A stretch of 54,913 nucleotides of DNA from a virus. Lineage: Duplodnaviria > Caudoviricetes. The notes beneath the pieces are model-generated. The model made no database searches and had not been told where the DNA came from. It was given only the letters and a program-made list of their open reading frames with translations. The translations under genes were made by a program, and so were the position numbers. The stretch covers positions 1 through 54,913 of IMG/VR virus record IMGVR_UViG_3300049489_000585. One strand, given 5' to 3'. Below are positions 54,824-54,913 of the stretch, piece after piece (the stretch's first letter is position 1; the number at the start of each line of letters is the position of its first letter).

Positions 54824-54913
54824 CGCACTGAACACCGCCGCGCCAGTTCCACCAGCCAAGCGCGGAACTCCGGCGGCGTGTGCTCTCGCTCGGCCTTGCT
54901 CATGATCTCGACC
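54815..54913 (+). repeat. Exact duplicate of 123-221 (start of cassette 9); circular overlap
   Basis: ACGTTGTGCCGCACTGAAC...GATCTCGACC is identical at both places. Confidence 0.95.

Larger units (their letters stand above)
49125..54913 (+). mobile_element. Integron (intI + attI + cassettes 1-8), continues at window start
   Basis: IntI gene divergent from a GTTAGGC attI core, followed by 8 attC hairpins. The R'' of each attC is complementary to the R' that begins its cassette. Confidence 0.95.

Overview
The window is an essentially complete, circularly permuted genome (~54.7 kb) of a high-GC temperate siphophage, probably infecting a Betaproteobacterium (inference). It has Mu-like head genes, a non-contractile tail, a lambdoid early region (Cro, RecE/RecT, DUF1376 initiator, DnaB, RusA), and xis/int with an intact tRNA-His attP. 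The main discovery is a complete phage-borne integron. A bona fide integron integrase (49125-50222) and an attI (~50230-50270) are followed by 13 attC-bounded cassettes running across the contig ends (50265-54913 + 126-3582). Unlike classical integrons, all ~18 cassette ORFs lie antisense to the attC top strand. They are therefore co-oriented with the phage leftward early operon, which appears to read through array, attI, intI, xis and int. The cargo is phage-type and looks like counter-defence genes (four DNA methyltransferase-like genes and an RNA ligase). The two contig ends show the array with and without one 769-bp cassette, joined at the attC G|TT point, which suggests ongoing cassette excision or insertion. 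Other oddities are a phage-encoded type IV pilin, a 1317-aa MuF head protein with kinase-like and possible ART-like extensions, no CI repressor between the divergent early promoters, and attP inside the integrase gene.
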